The notes under the pieces were generated by a model. That model was not told where the DNA came from. It searched no databases and saw nothing but the letters and a program-made list of their open reading frames with translations. Below are positions 14,101-26,034 of a DNA stretch of 64,000 nt, one piece after another. A program made the position numbers and the translations under genes. Numbering within the stretch: position 1 is the first letter of the stretch; every line of letters begins with the position of its first letter. The stretch spans positions 372,001-436,000 of the forward strand of contig NIVC01000684.1 of the NCBI GenBank assembly GCA_002269645.1. Direction: 5' to 3'. Source of the DNA: Macrostomum lignano (taxonomy: Eukaryota).

Positions 14101-16303
14101 AACAAGAATACACCCTCGATACATATCTGCATCCTCCATCCCCAGGTAGGCTACATCAGCGGCCCCGGCAGCTGTCCGCAGTACGTCTGCCAGCCAAACT
14201 TCTGCCCGGCACCGGCCATCTGCCCAGCCAATCAGAGCCCGAATTACGTCACCGTCAGTAACGGTTGCGTCTCGGTGACGTGCGGCAACACGCGCAGCTG
14301 CCGAGGCGTGCCCACCTGCCGTTCAGGCGAAACTCCTCAGGTGACTGGCACAGATTCTCGCGGCTGCACCCGCTACGTCTGCTACCGAATGGGCTGTCCG
14401 AATCCGCCAACTTGTCCAGTTAATCAGCTGGTCACCGTGACTGGATACGATGCGTCTAATTGTGCGGTTAGTGACACTGCCGTCTCTGTCTGAGACATTG
14501 TGTAGCTTTAAAGTCTGGTTTACATGTAGATCATTTGGGTGTGTCTGCAGACATTGTGTAGCTTTAAAGTCTGCTTTACATGTAGGTCATTTGGGTGTGT
14601 CTGCAGACATTGTGTAGCTTAAAGTCTGGTTTACATGTAGGTCATTGGGTGTGTCTGCAGACATTGTGTAGCTTAAAGTCTGGTTTACATGTAGATCATT
14701 TGGGTGTGTCTGCAGACATTGTGTAGCTTTAAAGTCTGCTTTACATGTAGGTCATTTGGGTGTGTCTGCAGACATTGTGTAGCTTAAAGTCTGGTTTACA
14801 TGTAGGTCATTGGGTGTGTCTGCAGACATTGTGTAGCTTAAAGTCTGGTTTACATGTAGATCATTTGGGTGTGTCTGCAGACATTGTGTAGCTTAAAGTC
14901 TGGTTTACATGTAGGTCATTTGGGTGTGTCTGCAGACATTGTGTAGCTTTAAAGTCTGGTTTACATGTAGGTCATTTGGGCGTGTTTGCAGACATTGTGT
15001 AGCTTAAATTCTGCTTGAGGTCAAATCTTGGGGTGCGTTCGGGCGTTGATTATGTTTAGCCTCATATCTCATATCAGACTATAAATAGAGTTGTTATAAA
15101 TGCGAACCATCCAACCAACCAACCAATGCGAACCAACCATCATCCATTCAATAAAACTACTCATCGAACCACTTTCGTGAACCCGCACTCCCGCAGGTGT
15201 ACACCTGTCAAAACGACAACGGCTGCCAGGATCCGATTACCTGTCTGGCCTCGGAGACTCAGCTGTACATCGGCCAGGATTCAAACGGCTGCCCGGAGTA
15301 TCTTTGCCATCCCACCGGATGCACTCCGCCTCCAAGCTGCACCATCGGAGAGCGCCTAGTAACTACCGGAGTCAACGGTAATTGTCCGATTTACCGCTGT
15401 CAATCCAGCACCAGAAGTTGTCCGGTTCGGCCAACCTGTCCGGGCGGACAGACGCCTAACGTCGTTGCCTACGATAGCAGCAGCTGTCCGGTGTACAGCT
15501 GTCCGAACAATGGCGGCGGCACAGTCTGCACCCAACAGGTGCCCAACTGTCCGAACGGCCAGACACCGATTTCGTCTGGAACGGACGCCAACGGCTGTCC
15601 TGTGTACGTCTGTCAGTTCACCAGCCGCTCGTGTCCGTTTCCGCCTGTCTGCTCGGACGGTCGAGCTGTGGCTGTGATCGGTCGGGACACCAACAACTGT
15701 CCAATCTACGACAGCTGCGACAGCGCTCGCAGCGGTGGCATCATCGGTGGAAACGGCATCATTGGTGGTAACGGCATCATCGGTGGTAATGGCATCATTG
15801 GAGCTGGCAACGGCATTATCGGTACTAACGGCATCATTGGTAACAACGGCATCATCGGAGCAAACGGCGTCATTGGTGGCGATAACGGCGGTTTCTACTA
15901 CGGTAACGGCATCATCGGAGGCGCTAGTGGCAACGGTATCATTGGCAGCAATGGCGTCATCGGGGCGCGTAATGCTGGAATAATTGGCGCAAACGGGGGC
16001 TTCATTAACGGAGTAGTCGGAGGATCTACGTCTACTTCGTCCTGCCCCAAGGAGCCGGAGTGCCAGTACCAGCAGCTACGGATCCGGTCTCAAGAGGCTC
16101 AAGCCGACGGTCAGGTGTGCAGTCACTACACCTGCATTAGTCTGGGTGATTACGACGGCCGACCGCCGAAGTGTCACGACAATCCGACTTACTGCGACAT
16201 CAGCCAGACAGTAGAGACCTACGTGCAGCACGGGAGTCGCAAGCCGTGTCAGCGGGTGGTGTGCAAGGCTTCTAGCGCTTACGATGGCATTCTTGGTTTT
16301 TGA
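8160..16303 (+). CDS. Secreted Cys-rich repeat protein with Gly-rich GxNGII block, ~942 aa, 7 exons
   Basis: Exons 8160-8396, 9000-9392, 10921-11166, 12595-12843, 13372-13647 (or 13635), 14146-14466 and 15197-16303. All introns are GT-AG and phase 0, and Cys modules join seamlessly across junctions (e.g. SYDAQ|GCPVYLC, SNCA|VYTC). Signal peptide MMKIRQLILLLTVLAACLNCSEA. AATAAA at 16377-16382. Confidence 0.88.
8462..8962. repeat. Intron 1 minisatellite, ~22-23 bp (agggaagatacacaggggaatt)
   Basis: Tandem degenerate units read directly. Confidence 0.92.
9436..10831. repeat. Intron 2 minisatellite, 21 bp (agagtgaagttgagtagggtc)
   Basis: Homogeneous from ~9850 to 10830 and degenerate at the 5' end. 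It is the source of the spurious (KLSRVRV)n ORFs. Confidence 0.97.
11191..12570. repeat. Intron 3 decamer satellite (gactcgcttt/gactcacttt)
   Basis: Direct tandem units. Confidence 0.97.
12866..13291. repeat. Intron 4 14-bp satellite (gggatctaggatct)
   Basis: Near-perfect tandem units. Confidence 0.97.
14493..15010. repeat. Intron 6 ~59-bp minisatellite (tgcagacattgtgtagcttaaagtctggtttacatgtaggtcatttgggtgtgtc)
   Basis: About 8-9 tandem copies read directly. Confidence 0.93.
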
Positions 16304-18458
16304 TCTGATTCATGGAATTCGTGCTGAAACGTTTAAGTTCATACTTTTTTTGATGGTCTCGGTTATAAAAGTTAATAATAAACCCACTTTGTTTTCTCTT
16401 TAAATTAAGTAATAATTTCATCGAAAATAAGTATTTTTAGTTGTTTTATATATTTATTGAGCTTACTTGAACACTATTGAACAGAGAACAAGTTAATACT
16501 CTGAGATGCAAGTGCCAATGCAGAAAAACTTCAAGCAATAAGGAGCTGTCAGGTTGAGGAAGAACTTCCGAATTTCTTCCAGCAACTGCACTTGGGGATT
16601 ACACTCTCGGTCCCACGTACTGAGTTCTAACTTGTTCACACAGCCATAAATAGGGCCAAATTTTGTGTGATCTCACGCACAGTTGTGACGTAAAATTTCT
16701 TTTATTTGTTTTGTACATAGGTCGTGTGATTTCATGACCATCAATTGTGTAGTTATAAAAATCATGGCTCTATAGTTGCAGCGTGACAGTTCTGCAGCTG
16801 TTTTTCATTTGATAAAGACTGGGGAGAATATAATATAGCTAGATGTGTCCAGAATCAATTTCTGATGCACAGATCGACCCGTAGGCCCGGCCATACGATG
16901 CACTTATTTAAGCATTTAAAAAATCCCTTATGAACTGTTTCTCAGTGGGAGACTGTGTAAACTTTTCGAATTCCTTCTAACGTACATGTAGGGTAGCAGC
17001 GTATACAGAGGACAAATTTTAGCAGGCTACTAAATACATGATCCAAGAGCATCACTCGTGAGCAATTTAAAAATACACTAGAAGTAAAGGAGAATGTACA
17101 AATGATGACCCCAAGCCCCAAGGACTTCTTCTTAAGTAGAAGGACGGATGGAAACCGTTTCTTGAAATAAAACTTTAGGAGCCAGATTTTACCGAAAAAA
17201 AATATTACGAAAATAGGAGGTTTTCATTTTTTCCGCAGAAAAAAATGTTATTGCTTTTAATAGAAAGCAGGTCTAAAGTTCATTTTTGATTTGTTCCTTC
17301 GTCTCCTACATTATACTATCAATGCAAAAGTAATAGCAATTTTTCTGGTTAAAAAACGAAAACCTCCTATCTCTGTAACGTATTTTTCGATCAGCCTCCC
17401 CCAAAACTTTTTCTAAAAACGTAGTTTCCTATTCTAAAGTAGTTTTTGGATGACCGACGCCCTATGCAGTATGAAATGACCAAAACATTTATATTATGGC
17501 GATATCTTATTAAAACAATCGCGCAGTTTTCAATAGGTGCATGGATATTAACTATTAGGTTTTTGATTTTTTCATAATTTATAAAACAATATACTTTAGC
17601 ATGAAACACAAAATAGTTTTATAACCTTACATTTATTTCCGCATCAAATCGAGAAATCAATTCCACATCAATTAATATTTTAGTACTCGACTGGATCAGT
17701 AGGCCTAGACTTATATATTGGCCTAAATCAAGATTCCTCCGAATATCCTGAGTTGTGACTATAACATCGACAGGTATAGCTAGCCTTATAGATAGCTCTA
17801 GCTATATTATAGCAGCTGTGTCTAGCCCAAGGCCAAAGTGTAGTGTGTAGCTAGGCTAGGCCACCTATTACAATTTAAAAAATATATGAAAACAATTAAG
17901 CTAGAATTGTAGGATAGACAAGATAAGATAAGATAGAATCTAGACAGTTAGCACTGAAATTTCATACTAGACAACTTAACTATAAAGTATAATACAAAGT
18001 AGCATAGAGTGCCTACCAGAATAATTTCTGGGAAGACAATTTGTTAATCTCTTGTGCTATGGCTAGGGCCTATGCAGTATTTATAGGCCTATTGTTTCTC
18101 ATAACAACTTTTAAAACTAGAACCTATGATTATATAAGACATCTGTAAAATTTAACATTTGAAGTATAAAATAAGATAAGTTAGTTTAACAAAAAAATTC
18201 ATATTTTATAGCAAATTTGCTAGGGCCTAATATTAACAAAATGTATACATTGTAATTGATAGGCCTATACACTAAGAATCTTAGTTACTCAGTATGTATC
18301 ACATGGACAATAGAAAAATGTTTACAAATTCATTTTATCTTGAGTACTAAATAGACAATTTTGTTAAACATTCACTTAACAATTTCTATTAATCTGAATG
18401 TCTAAGTAAAATATTTAGTATTTAGAAATTCTAAATATTTATCTGAATGTCTGTTGGG

Positions 18459-19313
18459 CAGTGCTGGGCAAGTTAATCAATTTTTTTAACTCCTTAAAAG
18501 TTAAAAAGTTAATTCAATTGCTCCAAAAAAATTAACTGTAACTAGTTAAATATTTAACTTTTGCCAAAAATTTAACTTCTGAAAAGTTAAAAGTTAAAGT
18601 TAATTCCTATTTCTCCCTAATGGAAGTGACATTTTCCCAGACATGTGTCCAGCATGTTTTTTAAATTTCAGGTCGGCGCGGCGCAGCTGTGGCCAGGTTG
18701 CAGCGTGCGGCGGCGCGACGCAGTGCAGGAGGTCATGCAGTGGCGCGGGAAGTTGCACAGCGGTGTAGGAGGTTGCAGGGCGGCGTGGGAAGTCACACAG
18801 TGGCGCAGGAAGTCGCACAGTGGCGCGACATGGCGCAGTATGGTGCAATGTGGCAAGGAAATATCTATGCAGCGCAATGCAGAGCAGCGCAACAGGAAAG
18901 GCAGAATCAGTACATGTATACAACAATAACTTCCAGTAGACCTTGGGTAGAATATCAATAGATAATAGTTGAAGATTCCAGAATCTTCTAGAATATTCTA
19001 TACATTATAACTTGTAACTGAAATAATATACATGTAGTAGTTTGGGATGCATTAAATAATGCTTAGAAAGGCAAAGTTATTTTATGTATGTATTAATTTT
19101 ACTTTTTAATGGCATACAAGCTGTTGAAACCCACGGATTTTGAACCCGGGGAACTCCATTTCCCGGAATTATTAACTTCTGTCATTTAACTTTAACTTAC
19201 AGCAAAACAATAATGATTTTTGTTAACTAGTTAATACAAAAAAAATTTAATAAAGTTTAACGATTTTAAAAAAAAAATTAACTCGTTAATTAACTAGTTA
19301 ATGCCCAGCATTG
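18459..19313. mobile_element. Non-autonomous hAT-type element (855 bp) with 8-bp TSD
   Basis: TIRs cagtgctgggca (18459-18470) and tgcccagcattg (19302-19313), 1 mismatch. Perfect TSD ctgttggg at 18451-18458 and 19314-19321. Subterminal agttaa repeats and an internal GC-rich decamer repeat. Confidence 0.88.
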
Positions 19314-21219
19314 CTGTTGGGAAACCAGTATATGGTCATATGGACAATGGACATATTTGTATATTGAAGTTTTCTATAACAACTATTTTCTTGACTAATT
19401 AACTATTAGACTACTAGGATATGTTAGAAGCTAGAAGTACAATAAATGATTTATTAAAATGCTTGTCCCAGGGCTCTTAATTATTCTTTTTCTAGTCTTA
19501 CTTACTGCCACCAAGTTTTCAAAAGGGCCAAACTTCTGTCTTTGTAAATGTCCTAATTTTGGTAGCTGCCACCAAGATTATTCCATTAATAAATTATGAG
19601 TTTATCAATCTTAGAATAATCTGAGAAAATGTTTCTTAGAATAGGTCTGAGTATTTAGTCTGAGTATTTAGTCTGAGTATTTAGTCTGAGTATTATTCTT
19701 AGAAAACCTGTTAGCCCTGAAAGATTTTACTCCTGTTATTCTGGTAGCGTTTCTGTTATTCTGGTAGCATTCTACTTAATAATTTGGCCTGAGTGGTATT
19801 TTGGCTTACTGGTATATGTATTTCATGTACTTTGCAAGTCCTTGGGCGTTACCAAGATCAGAGGGTCACAGCCTCCGGTTATTCTTGTACGTATTACTCC
19901 AGATCTATTTTGTATTCTCTTACTACTCAATACTGCTGCTTCTCAATAGTATGTACTGTATATGCTTCAGTCTATTTCACTCTTACTTCGTAAAATGAAT
20001 TAACACAGAAAACACTTCTTCAATTTTTATTTTCTTGGAACTCTTACTATTTGCTATCAATTACTTATTGCGGAACCGCGATGTGCGAGGTTGGTCTTTC
20101 CTCTGCTAAAATTGCTTCTATGTATACAAAAATTTGCTACAGTTTTAAACAAAAATTTGTTAGCACAAAATATTATAGAAAATACGAGTATTAAAACAAA
20201 ATATGTTTCTTAGTTTTTGGTGTGAATTCAAATTGACTAAACAGTGACTATTTTATAAAGAAATCGAGAGGGGCCCTGCACATGCTTATTAGTCATTTTC
20301 TATATTGATTCTCCTAATTTATCTAAGCTCTATTGATAAAAAACTATAAATTTTTATATATTATGCTATACAATAAAGCTTAATTCCTTTATTGTTATTC
20401 ATTTTTTGATTTGTTCCTTTATTCTTTATAGTTATCTATGATTTTAACTGCTATCTAAAGTCATTAAAAGCCCTAGCTTTCTATTTTCTTTTGATAAGTC
20501 TTGCTATGCTTATGCCATTTTAATAAACAAATCTAAGATCAAATATAACTAATAGTAGGGATTGCAATCCTGGGATCCTGAGACTAATTATTATTATTAT
20601 TTTTACAAAAAGTGTTGTAATATAAGCATAATTAGGCCTACAGGTAGTTTTTTATACTGCATTAATTTCTATTAAAGTTCTTCACACCTTCACAACTGAA
20701 ATGCTTAGCTATTATGCCAGTTGTCACATGTTTTTGCATTTTTCATTCCTAAATTCAAAATTAAGTGTATAGTATCATATGTATTGCGCTTTAATTAATG
20801 AAGAAATACTTGAAACATGTTTTACTTTGTTAATTTCGGTAAAATATTTTCGCCTTTCATTTTCAAGTTACTAAAAATTTTCAAGTTTGATTCAAACAAA
20901 CAACCAAAGAAATTCATCTGTAGCCTCCACAAGTCCCTCCACTGGCACTGCAGTACACTACACTATTTTATACAGTTCTATTTATTTTACTCTATTGAAT
21001 TATTGATATTCGTTTATTTTATCATTTATAATTTTAATTATTGGTTGCCATTGCCCATTGGTCCTTCTACTTGCCTCACATCGTGTTGCCAATTCCTGTC
21101 TCTGTCTGTTAAATGGTTAATACCAATGCCCAAAGGCAAATTTCGGTAACAACAGTGCGAAAAAATGTGCAATGTGAAAAAAGCAGAAAATTTTGTTAAT
21201 AACATGGGTAACAGAAGTG

Positions 21220-21353
21220 AGTAATGGACAGTAACTTAAAAGTTACTGGGTTTTTGTCTAAAGTTACTAGGCTAACGTAAGTTACTTTTTAAAAATTGGT
21301 AACTTAAGTTACAGTAACGCAAGTTACTTTTTTCTGAGTAACTTGGCCAACAC
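21220..21353 (-). mobile_element. Solitary hAT-like element end
   Basis: agtaacttggccaacactg (reverse complement cagtgttggccaagttact) with multiple aagttac/gtaac subterminal motifs. No partner TIR found. Confidence 0.5.
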
Positions 21354-21686
21354 TGCAATTTTCTCAAAAGTATAGATCTTGAGTCTCAAAAATCTATAAA
21401 ATGTGATATCATCAAACCTTAGAAGTTAAGAGTGATAGCAATGGTTTATTTAATATATAACTTATTTACAGGTCAAAAATGTGTATATGACATCATAATT
21501 CATAATTCTATGTTGCTTGAATCCCTGAGAGCAGGGACTAAAAGAGCTTTCCCAGGCCCCTTGCATTAAAAGTGGAAACATTTCAACTTTAGCTTTGACT
21601 TAAAAGCGTCCATTTAAAATATTGCACTAACTATTCTAAATTATGATTTCAGGTTTTGATAAAAAATATCTAAATCTACTCAAGCA

Positions 21687-23185
21687 ATGTCAAATCAAAG
21701 CCTAGCAGCCATAGTTGTTGGTTACACGGGCGAGACTGGTAAAGAGCTTGTGAACGCGCTTGCCCACACCCAGGCTTTCTCGCGGATTTCCCTTCTTGGC
21801 CGTCGGGATGTCCAACTACCTGACGAGGTTGTGTCTAGCGGAAAATTCGAACAGAAACGTGTTGACTTCGATGCTTTAGATTCGAATCCTGAGTCTCAGT
21901 CTGAACTGTTTGCTGGTCACGATGTGACATTCTGCTGTCTGGGCACTACTCGCGCCAAATCTGGGGCTGATGGTTTTGTGAAAGTTGATCACGACTATGT
22001 TATGGCAACTGCCAAAGCTTCTAAGGCTTCGCATGTCAAGCAGTTCCATCTTGTTAGCTCTGCTGTGAGTTCTGGTGTTAATTTAATTGTTTTTGAGCTT
22101 AGATATTTGAGCATATTAGACATATTTCAGGGCTTAGCTACAGAGAGGCAAACGTATAGACAGGCACAGACAGACAGACATATAGACAGGCACAGACAGA
22201 CATATAGACAGGCACAGACAGACATATAGACAGGCACAGACTGACAGACAATAGACAGGCACAGACAGAGAGACAATAGACAGGCAAAGACAGGCATATA
22301 GACAGACACAGACAGACATATAGACAGGCACAGACAGACATATAGACAGGCACAGACAGACAGACATATAGACAGGCACAGACAGACATATAGACAGGCA
22401 CAGACAGGCACAGACTGACAGACAATAGACAGGCACAGACAGAGAGACAATAGACAGGCAAAGACAGGCATATAGACAGACACAGACAGACATATAGACA
22501 GGCACAGACAGACATATAGACAGGCACAGACAGACAGACATATAGACAGGCACAGACAGACATATAGACAGGCACAGACAGGCACAGACTGACAGACAAT
22601 AGACAGGCACAGACAGAGAGACAATAGACAGGCAAAGACAGGCATATAGACAGACACAGACAGACATATAGACAGGCATATAGACAGGCACAGACAGACA
22701 ATAGACAGGCACAGACAGACATATAGAGAAGCACAGACAGGCAAATACAGACATATGGACAGGCAGACAGACCTCCTGAGACAAGTAGATTAATAGGCAG
22801 GCTTCACTGGCAATAATAATTTAGAAAAATTTAATCTATACTTAACTTTGCAAACGAATTCGTGATGCAGGGCGCCAACAAGAACAGCATGCTGCTGTAT
22901 CCGCGCATCAAAGGTCAAGTAGAGGAGAACCTGGCTAATCTAGGCTTCGATCGTTTAGCAATCTACCGGCCCAAGATGCTGATTTGCAAACGAGAAGAAT
23001 CCCGGCCAGCTGAAGCCGCGGCTATGGTGCTGCTGAAACCGTTTCAAACTCTTTGCCCAACTTGGCTGACTACGCCAGTGTCCACCCTGGCGCAGGCAAT
23101 GATCAATGCGGCACTGGTTGGCGGTTCTCAACGCGATTTGTACTATAATGCTGAGATTTTCCAGTTGGCCGCTAGGAATAATTAA
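21687..23185 (+). CDS. HTATIP2: Oxidoreductase HTATIP2/TIP30 (CC3) homolog, SDR-like NAD(P)-binding fold, 230 aa, 2 exons
   Basis: Exons 21687-22064 and 22871-23185 (gtgagt...gatgcag, phase 0). Motifs GYTGETG, GHDVTFCCLGTTR, GFVKVDHDYV, SSA|GANK, KGQVE, YRP and REESRP match the TIP30 family from memory. Confidence 0.92.
22140..22780. repeat. HTATIP2 intron minisatellite (agacaggcacagacagacatat-type, with a larger duplicated block)
   Basis: Direct tandem units. Confidence 0.93.
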
Positions 23186-23284
23186 CTTGAACAGAAACTT
23201 TCGGCGTAGCTAAGAATGCTGTTAGAATTATCATCATATAATGATCATTATTCTTATTATCACTGATATTATTGTTATTATTAT

Positions 23285-24276
23285 CAGGGGTCGGCAAACT
23301 CCGGGCCTCGGGCCCTTTGAAGCTTTGCAATGGCAATCCGGCCCGCTCAGGGTTTGTGTCTGCTCAGCTCTCTCTCCTCTTCTCTCGCCTCTCCCCTCTT
23401 CTCTTCTCTCTCCTCTCCCCTCTCCCCTCTCTTCTCTTCTTCTCTCTCCTCTTCTTCTTTCCCCCCTCTCCCCTCTCCCCTCTCTTCTCTCCTCTCTACC
23501 CTCTCCCCTCTCTTCTCTCCTCTCTACCCTCTCCCCTCTCTTCTCTCCTCTCTACCCTCTCCCCTCTCTTCTTCTTTCCCCTCTCTCCCCTCTCCCCTCT
23601 TTTCTTCTTTCCCCTCTCTCCCCTCTCCTCTCTCTTCTTCTTTCCCCTCTCCCCTCCTCTCTCTTCTTCTTTCCCCTCTCTCCCCTCTCCTCTCTCTTCT
23701 TCTTTCCCCTCTCTCCCCTCTCCTCTCTCTTCTTCTTTCCCCTCTCTCCCCTCTCCTCTCTCTTCTTCTTTCCCCTCTCTCCCCTCTCCTCTCTTCTTCT
23801 TTTCCCTCTCTTCCCTCTCCCCTCTCTTCTTCTTTCCCCTCTCTCCCCTCTCCTCTCTCTTCTTCTTTCCCCTCTCTCCCCTCTCCTCTCTCTTCTTCTT
23901 TCCCCTCTCTCCCCTCTCCTCTCTCTTCTTCTTTTCCCTCTCTCCCCTCTCCCCTCTCTTCTCTCCCCTCTCCTCTCTCTTCTTCTTTCCCCTCTCTCCC
24001 CTCTCCTCTCTCTTCTTCTTTTCCCTCTCTCCCCTCTCCCCTCTCTTCTCTCCCCTCTCCACTCTTTTCTATCTCCTCTCCTCTCTACCCTCTCCCCTTT
24101 CTCTCCACCCTTCCCTCTCTTCTCTCTCCCTCTTCCGTCTCTTTCCTCTTTTATATTATCTCTCATCCCATTCCCCCCGCCTCTCCTCTCTTCTCTCATC
24201 TTTCGTCTTCTATTCCCTCTCCTTTACACTCTCATCTGGCCGTTGAGATTGAGGTAGAAAAGTTTGCCGACCCCTG
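23285..24276 (+). mobile_element. hAT-type MITE with CT-rich interior (copy 1)
   Basis: Perfect 16-bp TIR caggggtcggcaaact / agtttgccgacccctg. Conserved subterminal blocks (ggcaatccggcccgctcagg; ctcatctggcc) are shared with copies at 36.7, 45.6 and 51-52.8 kb. No TSD is visible here. Confidence 0.85.
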
Positions 24277-24669
24277 TGCTTTAGTAGTATTATAAAACTT
24301 ATTAAACGTACATTATAGTCGTTGTGTGCCTCGTTGTCTTATTATTATTATTAAGTAAAGTTCCTTCTTAAAATTTAATCGGTCACTGAATTATGTTTTA
24401 TAATTGTGTTTATAATGTCTAAATGTTTATATATTGTACGTGCGTACGTATATTAGTCTAGAAAACTTACTCTATAAGACAAATATATACAGTCTCTATT
24501 TTGTAGTATTTACATTCGCTATATAAAATAAATAATAACTTCTGTTCTCTTTAAGATGACACATTGACTAGCTCTATTTGTACATGTGGGAACTGCATGC
24601 TTACAGTAGGGTAAATGGCTATGTGCAATAAGAAAATAATAAATCTGCGAGTCATTTTAGACTGGTATT

Positions 24670-24894
24670 AAAGGCTGCTATTTTACGGCTGCTTAGTCCA
24701 AGGACTGGGGGGGGTCACCACACAGCCTCAATTATTACCACAGCTAATGCTGGCACCCATTTTACAGCTGGGTGAACTGAAGCAATGCAGAGTTGTTAAG
24801 TGCACTATGTTTAAGAACACAAATTGTACCGAGTGGGTCGAGAATCGAACCCCCGACCTTTCAGTCGCGAGTCCGACACTACCCACTAGGCTAC
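24670..24894 (-). mobile_element. tRNA-derived SINE with CORE-like central domain
   Basis: The - strand head has A box tagcctagtgg and B box ggttcgattctc. The body tttacagctgggtgaactgaagcaatgcagag..ttaagtg resembles the MIR/CORE segment. A second copy lies at 35.94-36.10 kb. Confidence 0.75.
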
Positions 24895-26034
24895 AAACTT
24901 AGGCTTATGTATAACTTTTGATATTCAAGTGCCAATGAAGAAAGTGCGCCAGTGGAAAGCCGCGGCTATTCGAGAAGTTCAATAAATCTTGTTTCTGTGA
25001 CACGAGATGCTGGATCACAAAAAATTGGTAACCTGTCTACTAGTACATGGAAAATTTCAAATTAAATAACGGTACTTAAAAGCTGTAAAAACACAATGTT
25101 GGTATTGGCGATTCGCTCTTTAAAAAATCAACCGACACTGCACACTAAATATAACGTGACCTACTTGGATGCCACCAAAGAAGTTGATGTACATTTCCTG
25201 TCCTGTCAGACAGCTCTTATAGTGAGTTGACTGACTTCCAGAACTGCAACTTATTCTTGTGATGTAGCAGAGTCATGCCTGTTGTGGTCAACCAATTTTG
25301 CCGGAAATTTTCTGCAACTGCTTTTTGCTGTAGGAGTTGAGTCAAACGGCCTGTCGTTGTGTCAATGTGAATGCCCAGAGACAACCATAGACTGACTTGA
25401 CAGTGAGACTTTCTCCCTGAATCGATTGGAGAAGCCGAGACCGGTGGGAAAAAGCCGAAGCCCAAGCAACCATCAACGAGGTAACGGGGCGATCGTCCTC
25501 TCCGCTGAAGTGCCACCTGACGTGAACCTATTTGGCTTTCTTTGATGGCGTTGTAAAGGGCTTGTAAAGTCCGGGAGTTGAACAATCATGGAATTCAATT
25601 TGTGTTGAAACTAAAAAATTTAAAAATCGATCTGAAATTAAACGAAATTGGGTCTTTAACTAAATTTCCATCTACCATGCACTTTGTGAATGAGGCCAGC
25701 TTGTTTTATTTGGTGGCACTCATGTGAATTAGAATTTACTGTGCACTCATAGCCAGTGCGTGTTCCTTGATTCTGTTGATCAGAGGTCAAACATGTGATT
25801 GCCAATAAGCTCGTAAATCGAATATGCTTTCTATTGTACTATATAAATTCATTTGAATCCACTGCGCATGGCTTCACAACACTGGGATCCTTACCATAAA
25901 CTATGGGATTTATTTTTTAACCGGAATTCAGGCCAAATAAAGTACGTTTATTAATGATTAGCTATATATGTATATCGTTTTCGCGTCGGTCGGACATGCC
26001 CGCGGAGCTAAGAGTGGAGCGCTACTACTGAAGC

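Noticed and set aside
9436-15010. Possible CRISPR-like or telomeric arrays
   Set aside because: No unique spacers and no cas genes; the units are not TTAGGG; the context is eukaryotic introns.
17060-18450. AT-rich stretch with frequent taggccta/ctag motifs
   Set aside because: Probably decayed repeat DNA, but no termini or coding remnants could be defined.
23241-24295. S/P/L/F-rich and E/R/G-rich ORFs here and at 37.6-38.4 kb and 51.2-52.9 kb
   Set aside because: Artefacts of CT/AG low-complexity tracts.
25217-25585. 122-aa - strand ORF
   Set aside because: TTG start, no recognisable motif and no supporting splice partners identified; a small exon cannot be excluded.
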